Shown in pieces: positions 9,273 through 18,665 of a stretch of 64,000 nucleotides of DNA (positions are counted from its first letter, which is position 1; every line of letters begins with the position of its first letter). Under the pieces are notes generated by a model, which worked only from the letters and a program-made list of their open reading frames with translations, did no database searches and was not told the DNA's origin. Source of the stretch: an uncultured Pseudomonadota bacterium (GTDB lineage Bacteria > Oederibacteriota > Muellerivitia > Muellerivitales > Muellerivitaceae); NCBI GenBank assembly GCA_963843375.1, contig CAWJKT010000008.1, positions 181,003 to 245,002 on the forward strand, given 5' to 3'. The position numbers were made by a program, and so were the translations under genes.

Positions 9273-9854
9273 TCAAACTTTTGCCATTTTGGTTTCTGGA
9301 TTCGGTATGAAGCTGATTTTCGCGCCAATCATTTTTCGATAAAAGGCTAGGTCCGGGTTGATTTCTTTGGACTGGAACAAGATCAAGTAAGACCCCTCCC
9401 AAAAGGTGAACCAGCCTGCGGGCTCCAAAAGAACGACGATAAAGGTCGTCCATATATTTTTGACGGTATAGGTCAGCAGATAGGTGGCTAGGAACATAAA
9501 AGCCACACCTAGAGCGGCCATTTTGAGGCCGGTGATCCTTTCTTTTTTGAGCTTTTCTTCGAGCCTTTTGCGGTGTCGCTTGAAATGATCCCTCAGCCGG
9601 TCCTTGATTACCTGTTCCTGGCCCGCGAAACGCTTCTCCTTGGGTAATTGGAAAACGAGACTCAGGCCTCTTTCCTCTTTGGTCAAACTCGCCCTTTTCA
9701 ATTCGTGGATAAAATCATCCGAGAGGGCCCGCTGGGAAAAGGGACGCGGATCGAAATCCGAGAAAATGTCGTCGTACTCGTCCAGTGCAAGGGTGATGGC
9801 TTGCGTGTTGGCGAGACCGAAGTTTTCGCTTTCTTTTCTATCCATGGAATTCAC
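9273..9854 (-). CDS. Conserved hypothetical membrane protein
   Basis: LDEYDDIFSDFDPRP motif followed by two TM helices and AGWF..WEG. Confidence 0.75.
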   Translation of the reverse strand: MNSMDRKESENFGLANTQAITLALDEYDDIFSDFDPRPFSQRALSDDFIHELKRASLTKEERGLSLVFQLPKEKRFAGQEQVIKDRLRDHFKRHRKRLEEKLKKERITGLKMAALGVAFMFLATYLLTYTVKNIWTTFIVVLLEPAGWFTFWEGSYLILFQSKEINPDLAFYRKMIGAKISFIPNPETKMAKV

Positions 9855-10001
9855 CCGGCTTCATGATCGGACCCTCCCCCCTTTTTTTCCATATCCCGGG
9901 CAAAGAAACCCATTTCAGAGAAGGGCTATGAGAATTTCCATATTCTTTTGTTTTCAGGTCCTTGGCGGATCCAGGAAAAGCGTATTTTCCGAGGCGGCAT
10001 T

Positions 10002-13000
10002 TCAAAAACCCAGACGGATTCCCCCGCCTGCTTGGTTAGAACTCCAATTCACGCGCGCCACTTCACCTTGATAATTCAAATCCGCCGAGAAGTTTTTCGT
10101 AAAAGCCATATTGAGGCCCGCCTCCACCAATAACCCATCCGGGTCCAGGGGTGGGCCGGCCACAGTGAAGGAATCCCCGGCTCCGAAACCCGCCTCCACG
10201 ATCCCCCCTTGATCATCATATTCATGCTCCCAAGACAGTGTGAGTTCCGGGGAGACCACGGTGTCGCCCAGTTTCCAATGACCGCCCGCTTGGAGTCCCA
10301 AACGACTCACTAAGGAATCCTGCGACTGGGCGGGATAGGTCAGGGGTGTCACTGAGCCCATTTCGGTAAATCCATTGAGTCCCACCCGGGTATATTGCAG
10401 CGAAGCCACCGGGCCCAGGGTTAGATTTCTCACTTTCCACCCGTATCCCAGTTCCATCGCCCCGCTCCATTCCGATCCCTGAGTTTGGCCCGAAGCAACT
10501 CCCTCATAGGATTGCCGCAGGGTGTTGTATTGGTTGATTCCTCCCTCTACCAGGCCGTCCGCGTAAAAACCGTATGAAGTGAAGAGGCCATAAAGCCCGA
10601 AGTCGCCGCCGCCTGCGCTTAAGGTTCCTCCTCCATCCAGCGTTATATTGGATTGGCCAAACCCGGCCATCAGTCCCAGCGCAAAATCCGGCGAAAGCCT
10701 CACATCGGCCCCCGCCCCGGTGAGCCCGTAAGTGGTCACCTGGTAGCCCGCCGCGTTCGCGTTTCCACTCACGTTGAGAATCCCCCCGTTGCCGGATACA
10801 AAACCGCTCCAGTCCCCCTCCCGCTGCGTGGCCATTGAGGCTTCCTCCACCGGCGTCAGGTTGCCCGCAAAAAGAGGCGTATCGGAGTTGGAATAACCGG
10901 GCAAGGAAAACCGGGGCGGCTGGGCGTCCCTCAATTCCCAAAGTCTCTGATCCACCAGGGCGGCGCGCGAAGCGGCTCCGGCGAATCCCGCCTGGAATAG
11001 CGCCGAAAGACCCGCGGGTGAGACCTCGTTTTCCGCCGCCTGAAGGGAACTACCCGACAGGGCACCCAATTGGGACATCATTCCCATCAGTTGGGGATTA
11101 AAAACGTTGGTATCCAAATCCGCCCCGATGGCTTTCTGATTGGAGGTCAAACTGGCGGCCACAAATGAGGGAATGATGGATTCCAATTCCACACCGTTGT
11201 TGTAATAAAGCGGAAGGAGCCTTATGTCTCCCAGGCTTTCTTCCACCTGTTGAAAGGTTCCTGTCAGGGTTCCCGAAGACGAAAGCGCCACAAGGGAACT
11301 TCCCAGGGCGGGCGCGCTCAACCCACCGTAGGAATAAAGATTCAGGGTGCCGCCCAAGGTGACGTTTCCAATCACGCTCACCGTGTCGTAATAGGCGGCC
11401 TGTGAACCTCCCAATCCGAGTTTCAAGGTCCCCTGTGAAGTCTGGCTGTAATTGCCCCCGATCACCAGTCCGACGGGATAACCCGCGCTCTCAAGCGTGC
11501 CATCGTTCACCGAAACGGAACCCAAACCCAGGGCTTGGGAGTTGCCAAAGGCCAGCGCGCCTGAATCCAATACGGTGCCGCCGCTATAGGTATTGGCTCC
11601 GGTGAGGGTCAGCGTCCCCGTTCCAATCTTCGTCAGGGAAGCACCTGTTCCACCACCACTAGCACCTCCATCGTTGATCGAACCCGAAACCGTTGTGCTT
11701 AGGTCGTTTCCACCCGTGAAGAGATCCACTCTTCCCAGGTCATAAACGCCGCCTCCAGCGATGGACCCAATAGTCATAGCCCCGCCCGCCACGGTGGAAG
11801 CGTCACTGCCGCTGAAGTCCACCACACCCGTGCCGTTGTTGATGAGTTGGGCATTATCCCCGGTGGAATCATCATAAAAGTAAACAAGACCGCTGTTATT
11901 CACGATGGTGGCCGAACCCGCCGAGGAAGAATCCAGAAAGACCAGGTCGCTGTAATTCAGGATGGTGTTTTGCACGATAGAGGAGGTGAGGTAGCCTAAG
12001 AGAGCCCCATCGAGAACGACTACGGTGCCGGTGCCAGGCTTTCCGACTCCTTCCACATTTAATTGGCCGTTCACCACGGTGGTGCCGCCCGTATAGGAAC
12101 AGACGCTGGAGAGAGCCAAATTGCCCGACCCAATTTTTTCCAGGGTTACATTGCCCTCCAAGGGCCCCGCAATCCCGATAGCGCCAGAGGAGACCTCCAG
12201 AAGTGCATTGCTGCCGTTGATGGAAATGGCCCCCTGGCTTTCCAGGTCTCCGATGGAAACCAAAGCCTGGCCCTGGGCCCCATTGGAGCCCGAAGTGCTT
12301 CCCGATCCGCCCAGGCCACCGGAGCCACCTGTAATGTCCAACACATCCACCGACGTCAAGGAAGCTGACCCGGCGTAGAGGCTGACATTCCCGCCGTTTC
12401 CTCCGGCTCCCCCGGGGTTGCCCGAACCACTACCTCCGGCCCCGCCCGTACCGCCGGTCAAAGTCAGGGCGGACCCGCCATTCATGCTGAGGGTCCCCAA
12501 AGTAACGGCCAGGTCTCCGCCGTTGCCGCCGTCGCCCGTGAAGGTTCCCTGGCTGCCCAAACCCCCGGTACCTGCCGACACCTTGAAACCGGCCCCCGAA
12601 CCCGTAATGGAAAGAACGCCCAACGAAACGCCCGCTGAACCACCATTTCCTCCCGAACCGGATACATAGGAATCGCCTCCTGCGCCGGCCGTCGCCAGAA
12701 GTTCTGCGCTTCCCGAAAGGGTAACCATTCCACCCCATACTTGGACGTTTCCGCCCTGGCCTGTTAGATAGTTGGAAGGCCCCCCATTGCCCCCAAGGAC
12801 TTCCAAATATTCGGAAGACTGGTTGATCGAGCCGATGTTAACCGAAGCGTCCCCGCCCGCGCCCGAAAGGGAAACCCCGCTTCCCCCGGTTCCGCCTTGG
12901 ACGACCAGGATGGTGGAGAGGGTGACTGAACCCGTCTCCAGGTCGGCCCCCCCGCCTGTACCTCCGGTAACCCCGGCCCCGCCTTGCCCGCCTTGGAGAA

Positions 13001-13940
13001 TGACATTACCCAACGATGAAACAGAAAGTTCATTATAAATAGTAAAATCAACCGACCCGCCATTTCCCCCCTGGGGAGTGCCGGTTCCCAGGTCGGTTAC
13101 CCCGCCGCCACTTCCTGCGGTAAACTGGACACCGTCCCCGCCGAGGGAACAATTGTTTCCTTGGACAACCACCGATCCCCCATTCCCCCCCAGGTTCCCC
13201 ATGCCGTTGGTATTGCTCACTGCCCCACCCGTCCCTGCGTTGACTAGTAGATAGCTGCCCGTGAAGTTCAGGGTGTCGAAACTTAAACTAACCGATCCCC
13301 CGTTGCCGCCCTGATCCTGGTAGCCCAAACCGTCGGAAACCGAGCCGCCAGCACCCGCGTTGATCTGTATCAGCGAATTGTCACCGGTGTTCCAGGTCCC
13401 GCCGATGACCATTTGAACATTCCCACCCGCTTGGCCAGTAACCCCGCTGGAGGAGGTTTGGGTGGAAGGCGCCGTAGCCCCGTAAAGGAATAAATCGTCG
13501 TCAGGATCCATAGCCCATCCGGCCGCCGTCACCGAAACATCCAAATCCGTGCCCAAGCCCCCGTTGTTTTCAAGGGTTAGGTATTGGACTTGTTGGATGA
13601 AATTTTGCTGGAAATCGAACTGGGATTGGGCGTCGTTTTGTCCCTCGATTTGCACCGAGGAACCCTGAAAAGTCACGGCCTGGGAAAGGGGCGTGAATGG
13701 CAAAGAGAGCGTAATAGGTAAGGATTCCTCAAAAGTAATGGCCCCGGCTGCATCCGAAGCGTTGAGCCCAGTCACGGCCGCGCCAAGTGAGCCGGGACTG
13801 TCATCTCCGGCGTTATCATTCACCAAGTAAGTATTTTGGGCTAAAAGGGAGAGAGGCAGAAAGAAAAGGATCCCGGCCAACCATGCAATCCATGTCTCCC
13901 TTGATATTCTTTTCAAAAAAGTTTTCAGAAAAGCAGACAT
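10002..13940 (-). CDS. Autotransporter (type Va) with Gly-rich passenger and passenger-associated repeats
   Basis: Signal peptide; GGxGGx repeats; LTKIGTGTLTLTGANTYSGGT repeat; C-terminal autotransporter barrel ending in F. Confidence 0.92.
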   Translation of the reverse strand: MSAFLKTFLKRISRETWIAWLAGILFFLPLSLLAQNTYLVNDNAGDDSPGSLGAAVTGLNASDAAGAITFEESLPITLSLPFTPLSQAVTFQGSSVQIEGQNDAQSQFDFQQNFIQQVQYLTLENNGGLGTDLDVSVTAAGWAMDPDDDLFLYGATAPSTQTSSSGVTGQAGGNVQMVIGGTWNTGDNSLIQINAGAGGSVSDGLGYQDQGGNGGSVSLSFDTLNFTGSYLLVNAGTGGAVSNTNGMGNLGGNGGSVVVQGNNCSLGGDGVQFTAGSGGGVTDLGTGTPQGGNGGSVDFTIYNELSVSSLGNVILQGGQGGAGVTGGTGGGADLETGSVTLSTILVVQGGTGGSGVSLSGAGGDASVNIGSINQSSEYLEVLGGNGGPSNYLTGQGGNVQVWGGMVTLSGSAELLATAGAGGDSYVSGSGGNGGSAGVSLGVLSITGSGAGFKVSAGTGGLGSQGTFTGDGGNGGDLAVTLGTLSMNGGSALTLTGGTGGAGGSGSGNPGGAGGNGGNVSLYAGSASLTSVDVLDITGGSGGLGGSGSTSGSNGAQGQALVSIGDLESQGAISINGSNALLEVSSGAIGIAGPLEGNVTLEKIGSGNLALSSVCSYTGGTTVVNGQLNVEGVGKPGTGTVVVLDGALLGYLTSSIVQNTILNYSDLVFLDSSSAGSATIVNNSGLVYFYDDSTGDNAQLINNGTGVVDFSGSDASTVAGGAMTIGSIAGGGVYDLGRVDLFTGGNDLSTTVSGSINDGGASGGGTGASLTKIGTGTLTLTGANTYSGGTVLDSGALAFGNSQALGLGSVSVNDGTLESAGYPVGLVIGGNYSQTSQGTLKLGLGGSQAAYYDTVSVIGNVTLGGTLNLYSYGGLSAPALGSSLVALSSSGTLTGTFQQVEESLGDIRLLPLYYNNGVELESIIPSFVAASLTSNQKAIGADLDTNVFNPQLMGMMSQLGALSGSSLQAAENEVSPAGLSALFQAGFAGAASRAALVDQRLWELRDAQPPRFSLPGYSNSDTPLFAGNLTPVEEASMATQREGDWSGFVSGNGGILNVSGNANAAGYQVTTYGLTGAGADVRLSPDFALGLMAGFGQSNITLDGGGTLSAGGGDFGLYGLFTSYGFYADGLVEGGINQYNTLRQSYEGVASGQTQGSEWSGAMELGYGWKVRNLTLGPVASLQYTRVGLNGFTEMGSVTPLTYPAQSQDSLVSRLGLQAGGHWKLGDTVVSPELTLSWEHEYDDQGGIVEAGFGAGDSFTVAGPPLDPDGLLVEAGLNMAFTKNFSADLNYQGEVARVNWSSNQAGGGIRLGF

Positions 13941-14129
13941 GGAATCTCCCTTGGGGTTCGGACTTTCTTAAACCTACCGGATCATTTTACCCCTTTTTCA
14001 TTAAGGAAAGTTCTTGCGGAGCTGGCTTTGTTGTCGGGGAAAAACCCCAAAACAAAGCCCTTACACTACATCGACCCCTTGTTTGATAAGCATTCTTCAA
14101 AAAATAGTGATTCAACGTATAATCTCTAT

Positions 14130-14996
14130 ATGAGATGCCCTGAATGCGACTTGGAACAACACGACAACGCGGCTCTTTGCTCTGGATGCGGCTTGAGTTT
14201 CGCGATGTGGCGCCAACATAATCCCCCGGCGAAAAAAGCGGCCCCTGATCCCCCGAAAGAAATGACCTTCCCTGTTCCAGAGGAAAAGTCGGCCCCTCAG
14301 GACAAAGCCGCCACGACGGATCCACCCATGGAATCACCCTCAACCGAGGTTCCAATTCATAACTTTAAATTAGAAGGCGACCCCGGCGAAAGCAAAGGTT
14401 TCCAATGGAAACCCTTCTATTGGGCCGGTCTTGGCCTTATCCTGGGCCTGATATTGGGGTCCTTTTATTTTGTTCACCAGGCCTCCAATCCCCCTTCGGG
14501 GGACGAAAAACCAGTTCCCCTGGCCATGGTCACTCCCGGCACATCTTCCTTCCCCGGCATGAGCACGCCTGCGACTTCCACCCCGACGAATGAAACCACC
14601 CCCGAGGAAACCCCCTTCGATTCACAAGCCAATCCCGCCGCCGGCACCAATAACAACTCCACTTCCGACCAAGCTCCCACTCCCATTCCTACCGAAGAAC
14701 CGGCACCCACTTCAACTCCTGTCCCGGTCGCCCCCGCGAATACACCGGGCCAGTCGGCCGCAGCCCCCGCCGCCCCGGTGGATTCCTCCACCACGCCGGC
14801 CGCGGCCGCTGCCCCCGACACCCCAGCGGATTCGGCTACGGTCACTTCACCCGCTTCGCCTAACAACCCGGGCGAGGGATCAGGTTCGCCAGCGCCCAAT
14901 AACCCTGTTTCCGCCGCGCCGGCACCCGCCTCCAGCCCTGATCTTTTGGAATCCTCCCAGCCCTTGCCCACCCCCACCGCCATCCCGGTACCCTGA
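14130..14996 (+). CDS. Zinc-ribbon, single-TM protein with Pro/Ala/Thr-rich extracellular tail
   Basis: MRCPEC...CSGC, TM helix WAGLGLILGLILGSFYF, disordered tail; TATAAT at 14118-14123 supports ATG 14130 (ORF track starts 14028). Confidence 0.75.
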   Translation: MRCPECDLEQHDNAALCSGCGLSFAMWRQHNPPAKKAAPDPPKEMTFPVPEEKSAPQDKAATTDPPMESPSTEVPIHNFKLEGDPGESKGFQWKPFYWAGLGLILGLILGSFYFVHQASNPPSGDEKPVPLAMVTPGTSSFPGMSTPATSTPTNETTPEETPFDSQANPAAGTNNNSTSDQAPTPIPTEEPAPTSTPVPVAPANTPGQSAAAPAAPVDSSTTPAAAAAPDTPADSATVTSPASPNNPGEGSGSPAPNNPVSAAPAPASSPDLLESSQPLPTPTAIPVP

Positions 14997-15115
14997 CTCA
15001 TCGTTAAATTTCCCCAAAAACAAAAGGCCTTTTTCAGTTTAAAGTCCGGGTTAACCGCCAAGAAACGGCAAAATTGAAGTTAGAGAAATAACGGAATTCC
15101 GCGCCACAAAAATTT

Positions 15116-16591
15116 TTATCTCAAATCCGAGGAACGGTCGGCGGGGATTTTCAACTCCGACATGAGTTCGGCTGTGGCCTGCGGGGCTTTGGCGGCATCA
15201 AAAACGATCCGGGAGCCGAACCAGGTGTGGTCGTCAAGTTCGATCACCTGATAGCCTCCCATCGGGTTTTGGAATGCGGCGATAAGGTCTTTTATTTCCG
15301 AAATGGGGCGTCCGTTCACCTTCTGGACGATAAGGTTGGTTTGCTGGTCGTAACCGACGTTGATGTCATGTGGAAGCACATGGCTGAGTAAAACAACCTG
15401 CTTTCGCTCCGGCGTGGGATCACCGTGGAAAAAGAGGTCCTTCAATTCCGGCTTAAAGCTTTCCCAATCTCCCGAGCCAAAATAATTGGCGGTCAAAGGG
15501 ACGAAAACAAAACCCGCATAAAAGTAATACGTGGGATGGATATTGTCTGGTCGAAAGGGGACGAGTTTGGAAGGCGGCTTGAGGGGCACTTCCACTTTCA
15601 TCGGATGACCGTCCCGAAGAATTTCCAAGCTGGTTTTCTCACCCATCAGGTAAAAGGTGATCAGATAGGTCCAATCGATCCTCTCGGATTTGGCCAGAGT
15701 GATATCGCCCTCATTGTCGATGGGATGGCCGTCAATGGCGGTCAGGATGTCCCCTGCCTGAAGAAACCCGTCCGCGGAACCACCGTAAATGACTTTCGTG
15801 ACCACCACCCCGGTTTTATCCGGGGATAGCTTGTCGTAGGCTTGAAGTGAGGGGTTTTCCAAATTCTGAACGAAAACGCCGATGTCAGGGAACCCGTCGT
15901 ACCGCTTTCCCTTTTCAGTCCCCTTTAAAAACCGCTGGACCACGTTGATAGGAATAAAGGAACCCGTTTTATCGGGGACATGCCAGGACTCAAAAGGAAG
16001 ACCGACGAATTTTCCGTTGCTGAACACACCGCAACCGTCTTTCTTGGTGTCAATCGGGTTGTAGGTGATCAGGCCCGGCACAAAGCGCATGGATTCAGTG
16101 GAGTAAACCATATCAAGTCCCGAAACGGTGTCTTCCTTGACCGAAATCTCGTCGCCCCCGTGGATCACGACCTTATCCCCAGGCGCGGGCAACTCGCCGA
16201 ATTCCACGGGTTCCGCGTCCTTGAAGAAGTCCTTGTCCTCCAGCGAGAGAAGGGCCAAATCCATGTCATAACCCACCTGATCCACCTTCGCCACGTACCG
16301 TTTGGTTTCCCCAAACTTTTGCACCTCGATGTAATTGGCCTTATTGGCGAACTGGGCCGTCGTGAGAATTCGCCCGCCGGGAATCACCACCCCGCATCCC
16401 TCCAATTGAACCTGCGATCCCGGTTTCCAGGGTTCATAAAAATCCACGTTTTGAACCGTGGAAAAAACCTTGACCACGGATTTTTTCAGGTCCCCCGCCT
16501 TATGCCAACGGCAAGCGGGAAGGAAAAGAATCGCGCATGACAAAAACAGGACTTGCACGGAAGGGGCGGAGCCTTTCAAAATATTCCTCAT
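15116..16591 (-). CDS. Deg/HtrA-like protease paralog with two PDZ-type domains, catalytic His and Ser lost; probable lipoprotein
   Basis: Colinear with neighbour; TTAQF replaces TNAHV and TKKDGCG replaces PGNSGGP; lipobox LPAC. Confidence 0.85.
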   Translation of the reverse strand: MRNILKGSAPSVQVLFLSCAILFLPACRWHKAGDLKKSVVKVFSTVQNVDFYEPWKPGSQVQLEGCGVVIPGGRILTTAQFANKANYIEVQKFGETKRYVAKVDQVGYDMDLALLSLEDKDFFKDAEPVEFGELPAPGDKVVIHGGDEISVKEDTVSGLDMVYSTESMRFVPGLITYNPIDTKKDGCGVFSNGKFVGLPFESWHVPDKTGSFIPINVVQRFLKGTEKGKRYDGFPDIGVFVQNLENPSLQAYDKLSPDKTGVVVTKVIYGGSADGFLQAGDILTAIDGHPIDNEGDITLAKSERIDWTYLITFYLMGEKTSLEILRDGHPMKVEVPLKPPSKLVPFRPDNIHPTYYFYAGFVFVPLTANYFGSGDWESFKPELKDLFFHGDPTPERKQVVLLSHVLPHDINVGYDQQTNLIVQKVNGRPISEIKDLIAAFQNPMGGYQVIELDDHTWFGSRIVFDAAKAPQATAELMSELKIPADRSSDLR

Positions 16592-18132
16592 TTCAAATCC
16601 TGCGAGCGATCGTCCGGTATATTGTTCTGCGCCAGGATTTCCGTGGTGGCCTGCTTCGACTTGTCGGCGTCCAGGACGATTTTCGTCCCCACCTCCGCCG
16701 GATTATCAAATTCGATGACGTGCCGCCCTTGCTGGGGATTTTCAAAGGCACGGATCAAATCCTTCATTTGTGTAATGGGAATTCCGTTTACCTTTTCCAC
16801 GATCAAATTAGAGTATTTGGCCCCATATCCCTTGTTGATCTCATGGGAAAGAATATGGCTCATGAGGACGATCTGTTTTTGGTTTTCCGATGGCAACCCG
16901 TCGAAGTAAAGAGGCATGAAACCCAGAGGCGGGTTCTTGGTGATTTGCAGGTAATTGGAGTTGAGAGGCGTGAAGACCAGACCGCCGAAGATGAAATAAG
17001 TGGGGTTGACGTCGTATTTCACGAAAGGGACCAGGCGCGCGTCGTCTTTCAAGGTGACTGAAATCCTGAGCGGCTTTTTATTGCGCAGGATTTTTAAAAC
17101 CATTTCTCCCCCAATCTTGTGGAGGCACAGAGGGTAGGTGAAATTGAGCCTTTCGCCCTTGTGGAACGGGATGGTGCCATCGTTGGCAATGGGAAAACCG
17201 TCAATCGAAAGGAGGATGTCATTTTCCAGGACCTTGTCCCAGGCGGAGGAATGATAAACCACTTTGGAAACGAGAAGACCCGTCTGGTCCGGTTTCATTC
17301 CGTAATAGTCCCGGAGGGAGTCGTTCTCCATGTGTTCAGTGTAGAGTCCCAATGTGGGAACGGGGCTGTAACTTCCCTTTTTGATCTGCTTCAAGAACCG
17401 CTGGATGAGCAGAACGGGGACGATGTAACCGGTATTTTGGGCGACGGCAGCGTTATATCCCTGAAAGGCGACGCCAACCAGTTTTTTGCGGCTGAAGACC
17501 GGCCCCCCGCTGTTGCCGGGATTTATGGCCGCATCCGTCTGAATGCCCAGGAGGTTTCGCATGGAGTGGCTGTATTGGATGACCTCAATGCGGGAAACTT
17601 CCCCATCGGTGATGGACAAGTCTTCTCCCCCCACCGGGTAGCCGTAGACCTCGACTTTATCCTTCAAAGCCGGCAGGCCCCCGAACTTGACCGGTTTGGT
17701 TCCGCGGAAGAACTTCGGGTCGTCAACCTTCAGGATGGCTAGGTCGCAATCATGGGCGACATATATTTTTTTGGCGGTGTATTTTTTGGAGTCTCCGTCC
17801 TTGAGGACTTGGATGAAAATCTCGTCCGAAACCACGTGGGCATTGGTCAGGATGCGGTTCCCGGAAATGACGCACCCGCTGCCGCTGACGTTTTCCTGGG
17901 ATCCTACCCTCCAGGGCTCGTAGTAGTTCGGCTTTTGCATCGTCGTGAATATTTTGACCAGGCATTTTCGCAATGGGTCTTCACTGGCAGCGGAGATCCG
18001 GGGATATGAGGAAAAAAGGACAAGGAGGACGAATAGAGTGGAAACACGGAACAAGGGACCGAGACGGCGGGTCTTGGGGCTCAATGAATTCTCCACTCCA
18101 TGCTCGTCCTTAATAAGATGACACCTAACCAT
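16588..18132 (-). CDS. Deg2-like trypsin-family serine protease (S1C) with PDZ domains
   Basis: TNAHVV, CDLAIL, DAAINPGNSGGP triad; GGLVFTPL second PDZ-like domain; true start may be TTG 18084 (GGAG SD). Confidence 0.93.
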   Translation of the reverse strand: MVRCHLIKDEHGVENSLSPKTRRLGPLFRVSTLFVLLVLFSSYPRISAASEDPLRKCLVKIFTTMQKPNYYEPWRVGSQENVSGSGCVISGNRILTNAHVVSDEIFIQVLKDGDSKKYTAKKIYVAHDCDLAILKVDDPKFFRGTKPVKFGGLPALKDKVEVYGYPVGGEDLSITDGEVSRIEVIQYSHSMRNLLGIQTDAAINPGNSGGPVFSRKKLVGVAFQGYNAAVAQNTGYIVPVLLIQRFLKQIKKGSYSPVPTLGLYTEHMENDSLRDYYGMKPDQTGLLVSKVVYHSSAWDKVLENDILLSIDGFPIANDGTIPFHKGERLNFTYPLCLHKIGGEMVLKILRNKKPLRISVTLKDDARLVPFVKYDVNPTYFIFGGLVFTPLNSNYLQITKNPPLGFMPLYFDGLPSENQKQIVLMSHILSHEINKGYGAKYSNLIVEKVNGIPITQMKDLIRAFENPQQGRHVIEFDNPAEVGTKIVLDADKSKQATTEILAQNNIPDDRSQDLK

Positions 18133-18200
18133 CTAAAACGCGTCCAGTTTAACATGAGGCTTCGAGCCCGGCGGACAAAAACCTCGCGAACCATCCATCT

Positions 18201-18629
18201 TCAGCGCATTAAAACCAACTCCGGGATGGCGTCGCTGTCCACCCACACCACCGCGTTTTGCTTGTATTTCACCGCCATTTCCTTCGCGGTTTCCAGGGTC
18301 ACCCCCAGCACCAAAAAGCTCGGCTCGGCTTTCCAGTGTCCACTAGGGTCGCCTCCCACGCCTTCGAAGAATGGCAACTTCATTTGGGTCAAATCATTCT
18401 TCAAATGCTTGTGAGCCCGGATATTGAGGTTGCGGTCAGTCTTCCGGCTATAGGGATTATAGGCCGTGAGGTACATTGCGCTCTCGCGGCCCTTTTCCTC
18501 ATAGAGCTTGGCCAACTCGATGGATTTTTTCCAGATCCTCAAGACAAAACCCGGCGGCCCTGTTACGCGGTAGTGGGCCGTGTTGTAGGCATTGATCAGG
18601 GTCTTCGAAAGCTTGGTTTGTGCCGGCAT
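18201..18629 (-). CDS. DUF3293 domain protein
   Basis: AY..A.Y, LTAYNPYS, N..A...L, W..EPS.LV.G, QNA.VW motifs. Confidence 0.85.
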   Translation of the reverse strand: MPAQTKLSKTLINAYNTAHYRVTGPPGFVLRIWKKSIELAKLYEEKGRESAMYLTAYNPYSRKTDRNLNIRAHKHLKNDLTQMKLPFFEGVGGDPSGHWKAEPSFLVLGVTLETAKEMAVKYKQNAVVWVDSDAIPELVLMR

Positions 18630-18665
18630 AAAACACCTTTGAAATTTTTTCGAAAAGCGGCGGGC

